In this document: positions 1-15,056 of the stretch, in pieces
How positions within the stretch are numbered: the first letter of the stretch is position 1
Layout of the letters: each line of letters opens with the position of its first letter
Source of the DNA: an uncultured bacterium
GTDB lineage: Bacteria > Krumholzibacteriota > Krumholzibacteriia > Krumholzibacteriales > Krumholzibacteriaceae
DNA: 64,000 bases
Direction: 5' to 3'
Assembly: GCA_963813815.1 (NCBI GenBank)
Contig: CAWFAD010000016.1
Span: 128,001 to 192,000, forward strand
The notes under the pieces: generated by a model
Database searches by the model: none
What the model was told of the DNA's origin: nothing
What the model saw: the letters and a program-made list of their open reading frames with translations, nothing else
Position numbers and translations under genes: made by a program

Positions 1-1
1 A

Positions 2-2323
2 GTTAGCACGCGGGATAAAATCGCTTCCATTAATCGCGCTGGGCGGCAGCTGCCAGATGCTCCCATAACGCCTGCGAAGGATCAAACGGCAAGCAACGCA
101 TTCAAGACCTCCCCGGTGCTTCTCAATGTGCAGGAGAGCATTATATACGATTGGCTTGTGGTGTATCCAGAGGAATATAGCTATGTGCTGTCGGAATTGG
201 TTCAATGGCGTGCACAAACAGGGCATTCCCCCTATGCCATTAGCATTGAATCCATCACCGGTGATCCCTGGAATACAACGTTGAAGCAATTCATTAAGGA
301 TTTTTGGCTCTGGCAGGGCAAGAGGTTGCAGTATGTGCTGCTAGTTGGCGATGGATCTATAGTGATCCCAATTGACATATACTATGATGGCCCTAGCGCT
401 TTTCCAGATAAGCCTTACCCGCTGGGCCCCATTTATAAATCCGATATAGCGCTCGGAGACATCAACGATGATGGTTTCGCGGAGATTGCAGTTGGCAGAA
501 TTCCCGCAAACACGATTGATGATGTACGAATATATATCCATAAGCTGATAGACTATGAAAGTTCTCCGGCCGATGCATGGGCAGATAGCATTTCATTATA
601 TGTATATGCTGTAGACGCAAATTATTGTGATGGAGCGACAACTGATAGTCTCGCAGCATTATTGGCCTTGTCAGTTGCTGAGAATAAGAACGTCCATTAC
701 AATTGCGTTACTAATGAAACCCTAGAACAGTATCCTGGGGATCTTCGATATAGCATATTTGAGCAAGAGATGAATTCTGGAAGATCCTTGATTCTGGGGT
801 TCGCGACAAGTTCCGACGACTATAGATTTGTTGGCTGGGGCCCCACGATAGATTCGCTGCAGAACGATCATCCCCTTCCCTTCGAAATCGGGGCTTCATG
901 TATGATAGGGGTGTTGCCGATAGTTTATGGGGGACGCCTGGGAGAGTATCTCTTTGCTCAATTGCATCGCGGAATTATTGGAGCCTTTGCTCCCTCGGCG
1001 GGAACATGGCAAAGCGGGAACTATGTGGCATCATATTATATGCTGCAATATTTGTACAATTGGGGCGCTCCATCAGCTGGATATGCTTGCCTGCATGCGC
1101 AAAGGCAGGTCATGGAGAGATTCCCCGAGCTTGCGTCAACGGCACGGTCATACAATTTCTTCGGTGATCCGGCATTGAAAATAGCCGGGAGTATTACGTG
1201 TAATCCCAATTATAGCGTGTCGATTCAATCTCCGAAGGCATCCAACTACGAGTATGAACAGCGCATGACGATAAAATGGAATTGTACAGGATGCCCTTGG
1301 AAGATCCATATCAAGATCGTTGAGGACTATTTTAGCGAGGCTATGATTGCTGATTTCAGCCAATATGAATCGCCGGATCTTGCTAGTGGATCGGTAACTT
1401 GGACCGTAAGGGGCATAAGCTCTGATTATGAGAATCACTTTTACAACATCAAGATTCTTGTGTGGGATCTTGCAAGCAGTTACCGGGAGGCTAGTTCTTC
1501 AACTTTTCGAATCGTGGAGGATCTGCCGAACACTAAGGACGATGGAATAATACCTATCGACCCGGTAGCGGCCGATGCCAGCGGATATTATTTGCCCGGC
1601 TTATCGGCGATGGGAGGCAAGCAGAATTTTTCGGCGGCAATGATTCTTCCCAACAACCTGATGCTCTCGGATGAGACGATTGCTTTATCCTTGAGAGGAC
1701 GTAAACGAGAAACAGTCAATTTTGATTCCATAGCGCTCTTTGCGATTGATGTAGCTTCCGATTGCACAGCGTTTCTAAAGGATTATAAGCTCTATGTCTC
1801 AAAGGATGGAAGAGAGTATGCAATCGATGATGCGGTTGCAGACTTTGGCATTGCTGGACTTGTGGAGATCGCGAAGGCCAAAGAAATGATGTCCTACAGC
1901 AATATCTCTCTGGCGCAGAACGATAGCATATTTCTGAATTTTAGGGTTGCGCCCAAGAAGGAATCGGCGAGGAGGTATCATCTTCTGAAGTACTGTGGCA
2001 AGATCCTCGCTGGGGAGGAATCAACCGAAAGTGAATTCCCAACTGAATTCTGCTTGTTGGATCCTCTCCCCAACCCGTTTAACCCATCAACGATCATCGA
2101 ATTTCAGTTACCTGTAAGAGCGCGAGTCTCAATAGATATATTCGACGTAAGGGGAGCCCATATCAAGAACTTATGCAATACCTCTGCGGACCGTGGAACG
2201 CATAGGATCAAATGGGATGGCTGCAATAAGACTGGGTATGCGGTCTCAAGTGGCATTTACTTTTGCAGGCTCACGATCAACAAGACGAAAACTCTGAATA
2301 AGAAAATCGTGCTCCTAAGATAA
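2..2323 (+). CDS. C25 (gingipain-like) peptidase family protein with C-terminal FlgD-Ig/T9SS-like domain, 5'-partial
   Basis: Frame is open from base 2. Motifs YVLLVGD, EIAVGRIPA, ASC and FFGDPAL, then PNPFNPST...KKIVLLR. Visibly lower GC than flanks. Confidence 0.8.
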   Translation, partial: VSTRDKIASINRAGRQLPDAPITPAKDQTASNAFKTSPVLLNVQESIIYDWLVVYPEEYSYVLSELVQWRAQTGHSPYAISIESITGDPWNTTLKQFIKDFWLWQGKRLQYVLLVGDGSIVIPIDIYYDGPSAFPDKPYPLGPIYKSDIALGDINDDGFAEIAVGRIPANTIDDVRIYIHKLIDYESSPADAWADSISLYVYAVDANYCDGATTDSLAALLALSVAENKNVHYNCVTNETLEQYPGDLRYSIFEQEMNSGRSLILGFATSSDDYRFVGWGPTIDSLQNDHPLPFEIGASCMIGVLPIVYGGRLGEYLFAQLHRGIIGAFAPSAGTWQSGNYVASYYMLQYLYNWGAPSAGYACLHAQRQVMERFPELASTARSYNFFGDPALKIAGSITCNPNYSVSIQSPKASNYEYEQRMTIKWNCTGCPWKIHIKIVEDYFSEAMIADFSQYESPDLASGSVTWTVRGISSDYENHFYNIKILVWDLASSYREASSSTFRIVEDLPNTKDDGIIPIDPVAADASGYYLPGLSAMGGKQNFSAAMILPNNLMLSDETIALSLRGRKRETVNFDSIALFAIDVASDCTAFLKDYKLYVSKDGREYAIDDAVADFGIAGLVEIAKAKEMMSYSNISLAQNDSIFLNFRVAPKKESARRYHLLKYCGKILAGEESTESEFPTEFCLLDPLPNPFNPSTIIEFQLPVRARVSIDIFDVRGAHIKNLCNTSADRGTHRIKWDGCNKTGYAVSSGIYFCRLTINKTKTLNKKIVLLR

Positions 2324-2344
2324 TCATTCTGTAGGAGGTTCGGT

Positions 2345-2518
2345 ATGGGAGACGAAAACAAGAAGTGCTGGGGCGGGGCCAACGCGGGGGCGTGCGTGGG
2401 GCCGTTCTGGTTCGCGGCGTGGCTTTTCACGATCGCGTTTCTCAAGCTCTCGTTCTGGAAGGCCGTCCTCGCGCTCGTGATCTGGCCCTACTATATCGGC
2501 GCGTTTTTCCGGAAGTGA
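2345..2518 (+). CDS. 57-aa small membrane protein (not in ORF track)
   Basis: AGGAGG RBS, then ATG; MGDENKKCWGGANAGACVGPFWFAAWLFTIAFLKLSFWKAVLALVIWPYYIGAFFRK. Confidence 0.75.
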   Translation: MGDENKKCWGGANAGACVGPFWFAAWLFTIAFLKLSFWKAVLALVIWPYYIGAFFRK

Positions 2519-2573
2519 AAAAGGAGCGCCGCCCGCCGGATGCGGCCGGCGGACGGCGTCCGCGCGGGCGGTA

Positions 2574-3605
2574 TTAGAACATCCCCTCCCGAATCTGATC
2601 TCTCGAGCGTTTCTTGCCGAGGCGGACGACCCTCGGCCGCCCGATCGGCTCATTCTCGATCACCGGCGTATCACCGGTATCCAAGATTTCCTCGCGCCCG
2701 AGCGCGATGACGCTTCGAAGCTGCTTCAGGATATCCGAACCCTCGAGCGCCTCCGCCCCCTCGTTGTAGTAATCGAACCACGGGAACCCGGCCGCGGTGT
2801 ACTCCTTCGCGGTCGGCGGCGTGGTTGGGGGCGCCTCATTCGTGATCGCTTGCCAGAGGAGCGAGTTCGCGATGTGAACGAAGCACCGGCTCGAGCACGA
2901 GCGATCCCAGTCCTCGAACTCGAACGGATCGTCGTAGATCTCCTGCCGCATGCGGCCGCCGGCGCCGAGACCCATATCGGTTGTCGACGCGCGGATGCTC
3001 ATTGCGTCCATAGGCAAGCCGAATCTATCCGGCCCCTTCGGGAAGAGCCGCTCGAACGCCTCGCGCTTCATCGGGTAGGCGATGATCTGGAGTCCGCCGA
3101 ACTCGCCCTTTCCCGTGATCTGCTCCTCGGCCGTGTACCCCTTGCCGAGAGGCATCGCGATGAACTGCCGGATGACCCCCTTCTCGACGCAGAAGCCGTC
3201 GAGCCACGGCTGCTCCGGAACGACGACGTAATCCTGCGGCACGCCGTGCAGCCCGTTCGACCACTCTTCGCCCGAGACGGCGTCGATCTTGCCCGCCGCG
3301 ATCTTGACGGCGAATGGATACGGCGCGCCGTGACCGCGGATGTGCGCCGAGTGGAAGTTGAGCCAGAGCGCCTCCGCCTGATGCATCGGGAGCATGACGC
3401 CGCCGTGGCGAAGCCAGTGCAGCGGCACGCCGGCCGCGAAGTCGTCGACGTGCTTCAAGGGAAACGCCCCGAGCCCCGGCGGCAGGAAGTGATCCCGCCC
3501 GTCGTCCGGGATCCGCAGCGTGCGCTCGAACTCGATCTCGAGCCGCGCCTCCGGATGCACCTCCGGGAAAGAGAAAACGAGCTTGTTCGACTTGAGCTCT
3601 ATCAT
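2574..3605 (-). CDS. Conserved hypothetical protein (RTLRIPDD...LPPGLG-FPL family)
   Basis: 343 aa with host-like codon usage. RBS upstream; lies 17 bp after the HTH gene. Confidence 0.75.
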   Translation of the reverse strand: MIELKSNKLVFSFPEVHPEARLEIEFERTLRIPDDGRDHFLPPGLGAFPLKHVDDFAAGVPLHWLRHGGVMLPMHQAEALWLNFHSAHIRGHGAPYPFAVKIAAGKIDAVSGEEWSNGLHGVPQDYVVVPEQPWLDGFCVEKGVIRQFIAMPLGKGYTAEEQITGKGEFGGLQIIAYPMKREAFERLFPKGPDRFGLPMDAMSIRASTTDMGLGAGGRMRQEIYDDPFEFEDWDRSCSSRCFVHIANSLLWQAITNEAPPTTPPTAKEYTAAGFPWFDYYNEGAEALEGSDILKQLRSVIALGREEILDTGDTPVIENEPIGRPRVVRLGKKRSRDQIREGMF

Positions 3606-3622
3606 CGGTCCCCTCCTCTAAG

Positions 3623-3976
3623 CTACCACTTGCCGTCGCGCACTTCGCGAACGATGCGAAGCATCGCGTGATCCGGCATGTCCTTCATCTCGCGTATGAT
3701 TTGCGCGAAAAGCTGCGGACGCTGGAGAATCACCCGCTGAAGATCGCTCGAGACCTTGCCCGCAAGGGCGAGGAGCACGTCCGGGTCGTCTCCGAGCGCC
3801 TCCGCCAAGAGCTTGATCTTGGCCTCGGAGGGCGGCGCCTGCTCGCCGCGCTCGACCTTGCTGAGAAACGAGGGCTCGACCTCGATCCTCGCCGCAACCT
3901 TTCGAAGGGAGAATTCCGGGCTCGTCGCCCGCAGCTTCTCCCGCCGCTGCCTTATGTAATCTCCGAAATGTTTCAT
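3623..3976 (-). CDS. XRE-family HTH transcriptional regulator
   Basis: FGDYIRQRRE...SLRKVAARIEVEPSFLSKVERGE HTH motif. Confidence 0.9.
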   Translation of the reverse strand: MKHFGDYIRQRREKLRATSPEFSLRKVAARIEVEPSFLSKVERGEQAPPSEAKIKLLAEALGDDPDVLLALAGKVSSDLQRVILQRPQLFAQIIREMKDMPDHAMLRIVREVRDGKW

Positions 3977-3985
3977 AGTACGTGT

Positions 3986-4014
3986 ATTATATACTACATA
4001 GTACACAGCGTCAA
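3986..4014 (-). promoter_or_regulatory. sigma70 promoter of the HTH gene with a palindromic operator
   Basis: Minus strand TTGACG-N17-TATAAT, 9 nt before ATG; TACTA-TG-TAGTA inverted repeat in the spacer. Confidence 0.7.
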
Positions 4015-4138
4015 CCGGGTATTTTGTGGCGCCAGCTTAACTCTTTATTTATCAGTATGATAAATTTTTCGATTGCATGGGGGGAACGTGCGATTTAGCC
4101 TGTCTCAAGGGAGATTTTCAACGAGAAAGGAACGCGAA

Positions 4139-4852
4139 ATGCCCCCATTTCCAGCGAAGCTCATAGAGACGGCGGGTATCGAGATCTCGCCCGTCGGATT
4201 CTACGACGCGCCCGACCCGGCCGCGTTCGCGCCGCTCGTCGAGCCCAAGCCCGGCGCGCGCGTCTGCGTGTTCGCGTTCTACAAGAGCTGGCTCGAGGGG
4301 AAGACGCTCCGCGTCACGGAGAAAAACTTCGGCTGCGGCGGGGCGGGGCGGGCGTGGTGCGGCGTCGAGGGGAGGTCGCGCGAGGAGTTCATACGCTTCC
4401 TCGTCGACGAGGAGGGGCTCAAAGCGTCGCACGAGCTCATGAACCGCTGGATCGACTCGAGCCCTCCGTACCGCATGGAGCATGAGAACCTTTTCGCCGG
4501 GCCGCTTCGGGACGATCAGTACCGGCACCTCAAGACGGTGACCTTCTTCGTGACGCCCGATCAGCTCGGGCTCATGGCGCTCGGCGCTCAATATCACAGC
4601 GCTCCGGATGATCCGCCCCCCGTGATCGCGCCCTTTGGATCGGGGTGCGGGCAGATGATCGGGGTCTTCAAGGATCTCGGCGCTCCGCAGGCCGCGATCG
4701 GCTCGACCGACATCGCGATGCGGCAGTATCTGCCGCCCGATATCATCGCCTTCACCGTGACGAAGCCGATGTTCGAGCGGCTCGCCTCGCTCGACGACCG
4801 GAGCTTTCTCACGAAACCCTTCTGGAAACGCCTCATGAAGGCGCGCGCATGA
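4139..4852 (+). CDS. DUF169-family protein
   Basis: SPVGFY, FGCGGA, VTFFVTPDQL, FGSGC and DIAMRQYL motifs. Confidence 0.7.
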   Translation: MPPFPAKLIETAGIEISPVGFYDAPDPAAFAPLVEPKPGARVCVFAFYKSWLEGKTLRVTEKNFGCGGAGRAWCGVEGRSREEFIRFLVDEEGLKASHELMNRWIDSSPPYRMEHENLFAGPLRDDQYRHLKTVTFFVTPDQLGLMALGAQYHSAPDDPPPVIAPFGSGCGQMIGVFKDLGAPQAAIGSTDIAMRQYLPPDIIAFTVTKPMFERLASLDDRSFLTKPFWKRLMKARA

Positions 4853-4887
4853 AAAAGCCCCCCGACGCGCGAGGCGGCGGGGGGCTT
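4852..4887. terminator. Hairpin between convergent genes, probable bidirectional terminator
   Basis: AAGCCCCCCG...CGGGGGGCTT inverted repeat preceded by an A-run. Confidence 0.65.
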
Positions 4888-4911
4888 CGCATTTCGTGAG
4901 AGCCCGTGGGC

Positions 4912-6030
4912 TTACCGCTTCGGCAGCACCTGCTCGAGCGGCGTGTATTTCAGCTTGAAGGCCCTCGCCACGGCCTCGTCGTTCACGGTGCCCTTCATCA
5001 TGTTGATGCCGGTCCAGATCGTGCGGTCGGCTCGCGCGGCTTTCGTGTATCCCATGTCCGCGATTTTCACCGCGTAGGGCAGCGTGGCGTTCGTGAGCGC
5101 TATGGTCGAGGTGCGGCACACGGCGCCCGGCATGTTCGCGACGCCGTAGTGCACGACGCCGTCGACGAAGTACACGGGATCGGTGTGGTACGTCGCGTGG
5201 ATCGTCTCGATGCAGCCGCCCTGATCGACGGCGACGTCCACGATCACGGAGCCCTTCCTCATGGTCTTGATCATCCGGCGCGTCACGAGGCGCGGGGCCT
5301 TGGCGCCCGGGATGAGGACGGCGCCGACGAGGAGGTCGGCCGTCGCGACCATGCGGCGGATGTTCGCCGGATTCGACATGAGGAGAGTGACGTTCGCCGG
5401 GAGAACGTCGCTCAGGTAGCGCAGCCGCTCGAGGTCGATGTCGAGGAGCGAGACCTTGGCGCCGAGGCCCGCGGCCATCTTGGCCGCGTGGGTGCCGACG
5501 ACCCCGCCGCCGAGGATCACGACGTGCGCGGGCTCCACACCCGGCACTCCGCCGAGGAGGACCCCCATGCCGCCCATCGGGCGTTCGAGGTACTTGGCGC
5601 CTTCCTGAATCGCCATGCGGCCCGCGACCTCGCTCATCGGCTGGAGGAGCGGGAGCCTGCCGTCGTGCACCATCGTCTCGTAGGCGATGGCGATCGCGCC
5701 GGACTTGAGCATTCCCGTCGTGAGGGGCTTGCTCGAGGCGAAGTGGAAATAGGTGAATACGATCTGATCCTTGCGGATCATCTTGATCTCGGGCGCCTGC
5801 GGCTCCTTGACCTTGATGATCATGTCGGCCTTGCGGAAGATCGCGCGCGCCGACGGAACGATCGTCGCGCCCGCCGCCCGGTAGTCGGAATCGGGGAAGC
5901 CGCTCCCGACGCCGGCGCCCTTTTCGACGAGCACCTTGTGCCCGTGCTTTCTCAGCATCTCGGCCCCGACGGGGAGCAGACTCACTCGGTACTCGGCCTT
6001 CTTGATCTCTTTCGGCACACCGATAATCAT
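4912..6030 (-). CDS. ald: Alanine dehydrogenase
   Basis: MIIGVPKEIK, PMSEVAGR, GGGVVG, VDVAVDQGGC and YGVANMPGAV. Confidence 0.95.
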   Translation of the reverse strand: MIIGVPKEIKKAEYRVSLLPVGAEMLRKHGHKVLVEKGAGVGSGFPDSDYRAAGATIVPSARAIFRKADMIIKVKEPQAPEIKMIRKDQIVFTYFHFASSKPLTTGMLKSGAIAIAYETMVHDGRLPLLQPMSEVAGRMAIQEGAKYLERPMGGMGVLLGGVPGVEPAHVVILGGGVVGTHAAKMAAGLGAKVSLLDIDLERLRYLSDVLPANVTLLMSNPANIRRMVATADLLVGAVLIPGAKAPRLVTRRMIKTMRKGSVIVDVAVDQGGCIETIHATYHTDPVYFVDGVVHYGVANMPGAVCRTSTIALTNATLPYAVKIADMGYTKAARADRTIWTGINMMKGTVNDEAVARAFKLKYTPLEQVLPKR

Positions 6031-6179
6031 CGTTTCACCTCTCGCCCGGAGTTGATTGTGGAAAAGCGCTCTCGAAATAACCGATGGCAGCACCTCGAAT
6101 TCAGGGAATAATATAGCCCAAAAAAGAGCCGCATCAAATCAATTTTACGCCAAATATTCAGGCATCTGGAAAAGCGGTC

Positions 6180-6208
6180 TTGACACCCGCGGGCGCTTTT
6201 CATATGAT
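6180..6208 (+). promoter_or_regulatory. sigma70 promoter upstream of gdhA
   Basis: TTGACA-N17-TATGAT. Confidence 0.65.
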
Positions 6209-6285
6209 TTTCAAACCATTTTCGCTCGATTCGGCGTTGTTTTCGTACCATGGAATGGCGCCCGAAAGGGCGCTCGTCGTCTTGA

Positions 6286-7653
<1,368 letters not shown>

Positions 7654-7681
7654 GCGCTCCTCTCGATCGTCGAGCGATTCG

Positions 7682-7712
7682 GGCGGGCCCCCTTCCGGGG
7701 GCCCGCCTTTTT
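7682..7712 (+). terminator. Rho-independent terminator after gdhA
   Basis: GGCGGGCCCC/GGGGCCCGCC stem followed by a T-run. Confidence 0.8.
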
Positions 7713-7902
7713 ATCGCCCGGGGGCTTCCGCGAAAAATCGTCCTTCCGCCGATATTTTCGGTTGGAATATCCCTTGCCGCTTATTACTATGTGCATGGTT
7801 CAATCCGCGCAGTCGATCGGATGAGGCGCGTGTCCGAACTGCCTCGACAACAGAGCTTGGCGGCGTGAAAAGGCTCCCGCGGAGCGCGGGGAGGCGGCCG
7901 GT

Positions 7903-8833
7903 ATGTACGACATTTTCAGGGCGACTTCCGACGGGCTCGTCATCGTCACGGAGTTCGAGGAAGACTGCTGGGTGCGCGTCTCGAGTCCGACGAACGACGA
8001 GATCAACCTGCTGAGCGACAACTTCGGCGTGCCGCCGGCGTTCCTCACCGATCCCCTCGACATGGACGAGGGAGCGCGCATCGAGACCGAGGAAGCCGTC
8101 ACCCTCATCATCATCCGCATTCCATTTTTCGAAGGGGAGGACGTCGACATCCCCTACACGACGATCCCCCTCGGCATCATTCTCACCGACGATTACATCC
8201 TCACGGTGAGCGTTCGGCCGCTCCCGCATCTCCTCGATTTCGTGGACGGCAAGGTGAGGACCTTTTCGCACGAGTCGCGCGCGCGGTTCCTGCTCCAGAT
8301 ATTCTCGCGCACGGCGCTCCTCTATCTGCGGTACCTCAAGGACATCAACAAGCGCACGGATCAGATCGAGCGCGAGCTCCACAAGTCGCTCAAGAACGAG
8401 GAGCTCATCAAGCTCCTCAACCTCGAGAAGAGCCTCGTGTACTTCACGACCTCCGTCCGCTCGAACGAGATCATGATGGAGCGCCTCGACAAGACGGGGC
8501 TGCGCATGAGCGAGGACGACCGCGATCTGCTCGAGGACGTGATCATCGAGAACAAGCAGGCGATCGAGATGGCGAATATCTACAGCAACATCCTGAGCGG
8601 CATGATGGACGCCTTCGCCTCGGTCATCAACAACAACGTCAGCGTCGTGATGAAGTTCCTCACCTCCGTCACGATCATCTTCATGATCCCCACCTTCGTG
8701 TCGAGCACGTTCGGCATGAACGTGCCCGCTGCCGTTCCAGGACTCGCCGCACGCCTTCCTCATCGTGACGGGGATTTCGCTCATGCTCTCGCTCGGGGGG
8801 GTTTGGCTCTTCTGGAAGCGGAGATGGTTCTGA
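7903..8833 (+). CDS. corA: CorA-family Mg2+ transporter; +1 insertion near 8727
   Basis: MKFLTSVTII...FGMNV signature. Removing one C gives GMNVPLPFQDSPHAFLIVTGISLMLSLGGVWLFWKRRWF with stop at 8833, restoring the second TM helix. Confidence 0.88.
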
Positions 8834-8867
8834 CGCGCGCGCGGAGCGGGTGACGGAGAAAGGCCCC

Positions 8868-13459
<4,592 letters not shown>

Positions 13460-13469
13460 CGACGCTCCG

Positions 13470-15056
13470 CTATCCCCGATAGACGCGGTAATCGACGTCG
13501 GGGAAGATGTTGTCCCGCCGCTCGACCTCTCCCAGCCATTGGTCGTTCACGCGGTGGTTCTCGATGTCGTGGTAGAGGCGGTCGAACCGGGCGACGTGAT
13601 CCTTGGTGCGCTTGACGGCGTACTCGACCATCGTGCCGGTCTTCATGATGAACGCCCAGTCGCTCCCCTGCGCGAGGACGAGCTCGCGCGCGGCCTGATT
13701 GAGGGCGCGTCTCATGAGGCCGTCCGCGTCCGGGAACCGCTCGGCGAGGGCGACCATGCGGTCCGCCATCATATGGAGGTGCCGGTAGATCCAGTCGTTC
13801 TCCCCGGCGAGCCAGTGCTCGCTGTATCCCTTATAGCCCCACGAGGACAAGGACGGCGTCACGACCTGAAGCTTCGGATGCCGCTCGAGATACTCCCACG
13901 GCGTGATCATCTCGATCGTCTTCTGGTCGAAGAACGTCTTGCGGATGAGAAACTCGATCCACTCCGGCCCTTCGTACCACCAGTGGCCGAAGAGCTCGGC
14001 GTCGTACGGGGAGACGATCATCGGCTTGATCTTGAGGAAATCGTGGAGCCACTCGACCTGCTTCTGGCGGTTGAAGAGAAAGTTGCCGGCGTGGGTCGCG
14101 GCCTTTTCGCGCGCGATCGACGGCTTGTAGGGCTCCTTGTGCTCGCCGGGCCCCGTGATGCGGTAGTACTTGATGCCGAGGTTCACGCGGTTGCCGTCCG
14201 CGTGGAGGTAGGGCCGGATGTAGTCGTAGTCGAGGTCGAAGCCGACGTCCCGGTAGAACTCCCGGTAGTCGTAGTCCCCCGGGTATCCCTGCTTCGCGCT
14301 CCAGACCTGCTTGGAGGATTCCATGTCGCGCGCGAAGGCGGCGACCGCCGAGGGGGTGTAAACCGGCGCGAAAACTCCGTAGCGGGGGCGCGGCGTTCCG
14401 AAGAGCAGGCCGTGCGTGTCGACGAAGAAGAAGCGGATGCCCGCCTCTTTGAGAATCTCGTCGACGCCCGGCGCGTAGCCGCACTCGGGGAGCCAGATGC
14501 CCCGCGGCCGCCGCCCGAAGTGTTTCTCGTAGTGCGCGCACGCGATCTCGATCTGCGCGCGCTGCGCCCTGCGGTTCAGCATGAGGGGGAGGTATCCGTG
14601 GGTCGCGCCGCAGGTGATGATCTCGAGCTTGCCGAGATCCTGAAAGCGCCGGAAGGCCGCGACGACGTTGTTGTAGTAGCGCTCGCTGAAGATCTGCCGC
14701 GCGCGGGTGAGCCGCCAGAAGTACATGAGAGCGAGCTCGTGAAACTCGGGCAGCCAGCGCGTGCGCTCTATCTCCCGCCCGGCGAGATCGATGAGCTTGT
14801 TGAGATGCCGGAGATACCGGTACTGAAGGAGCGGATCGCTCATCATCGAGAGGAGCGTCGGGGTGATCGACATCGTCACGCGGAAATCGACGCCGTCCTC
14901 GATGAGCCGGTCGTAGATCTCGACGAGCGGGAGGTAGGTCTCCGTGAGGGCCTCGAAGAACCAGTCCTCCTCGAGAAACGCGTCGTACTCCGGGTGCCTG
15001 ACGTACGGAAGGTGAGCGTGGAGAACGAGCGCCAGGTAGCCTTTCGCTTCACTCAT
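13470..15056 (-). CDS. GH57 1,4-alpha-glucan branching enzyme (DUF1957)
   Basis: HAHLPYVRHPE, WLPECGY, PYDAELFGHWWYEG and SDWAFI. Confidence 0.92.
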   Translation of the reverse strand: MSEAKGYLALVLHAHLPYVRHPEYDAFLEEDWFFEALTETYLPLVEIYDRLIEDGVDFRVTMSITPTLLSMMSDPLLQYRYLRHLNKLIDLAGREIERTRWLPEFHELALMYFWRLTRARQIFSERYYNNVVAAFRRFQDLGKLEIITCGATHGYLPLMLNRRAQRAQIEIACAHYEKHFGRRPRGIWLPECGYAPGVDEILKEAGIRFFFVDTHGLLFGTPRPRYGVFAPVYTPSAVAAFARDMESSKQVWSAKQGYPGDYDYREFYRDVGFDLDYDYIRPYLHADGNRVNLGIKYYRITGPGEHKEPYKPSIAREKAATHAGNFLFNRQKQVEWLHDFLKIKPMIVSPYDAELFGHWWYEGPEWIEFLIRKTFFDQKTIEMITPWEYLERHPKLQVVTPSLSSWGYKGYSEHWLAGENDWIYRHLHMMADRMVALAERFPDADGLMRRALNQAARELVLAQGSDWAFIMKTGTMVEYAVKRTKDHVARFDRLYHDIENHRVNDQWLGEVERRDNIFPDVDYRVYRG

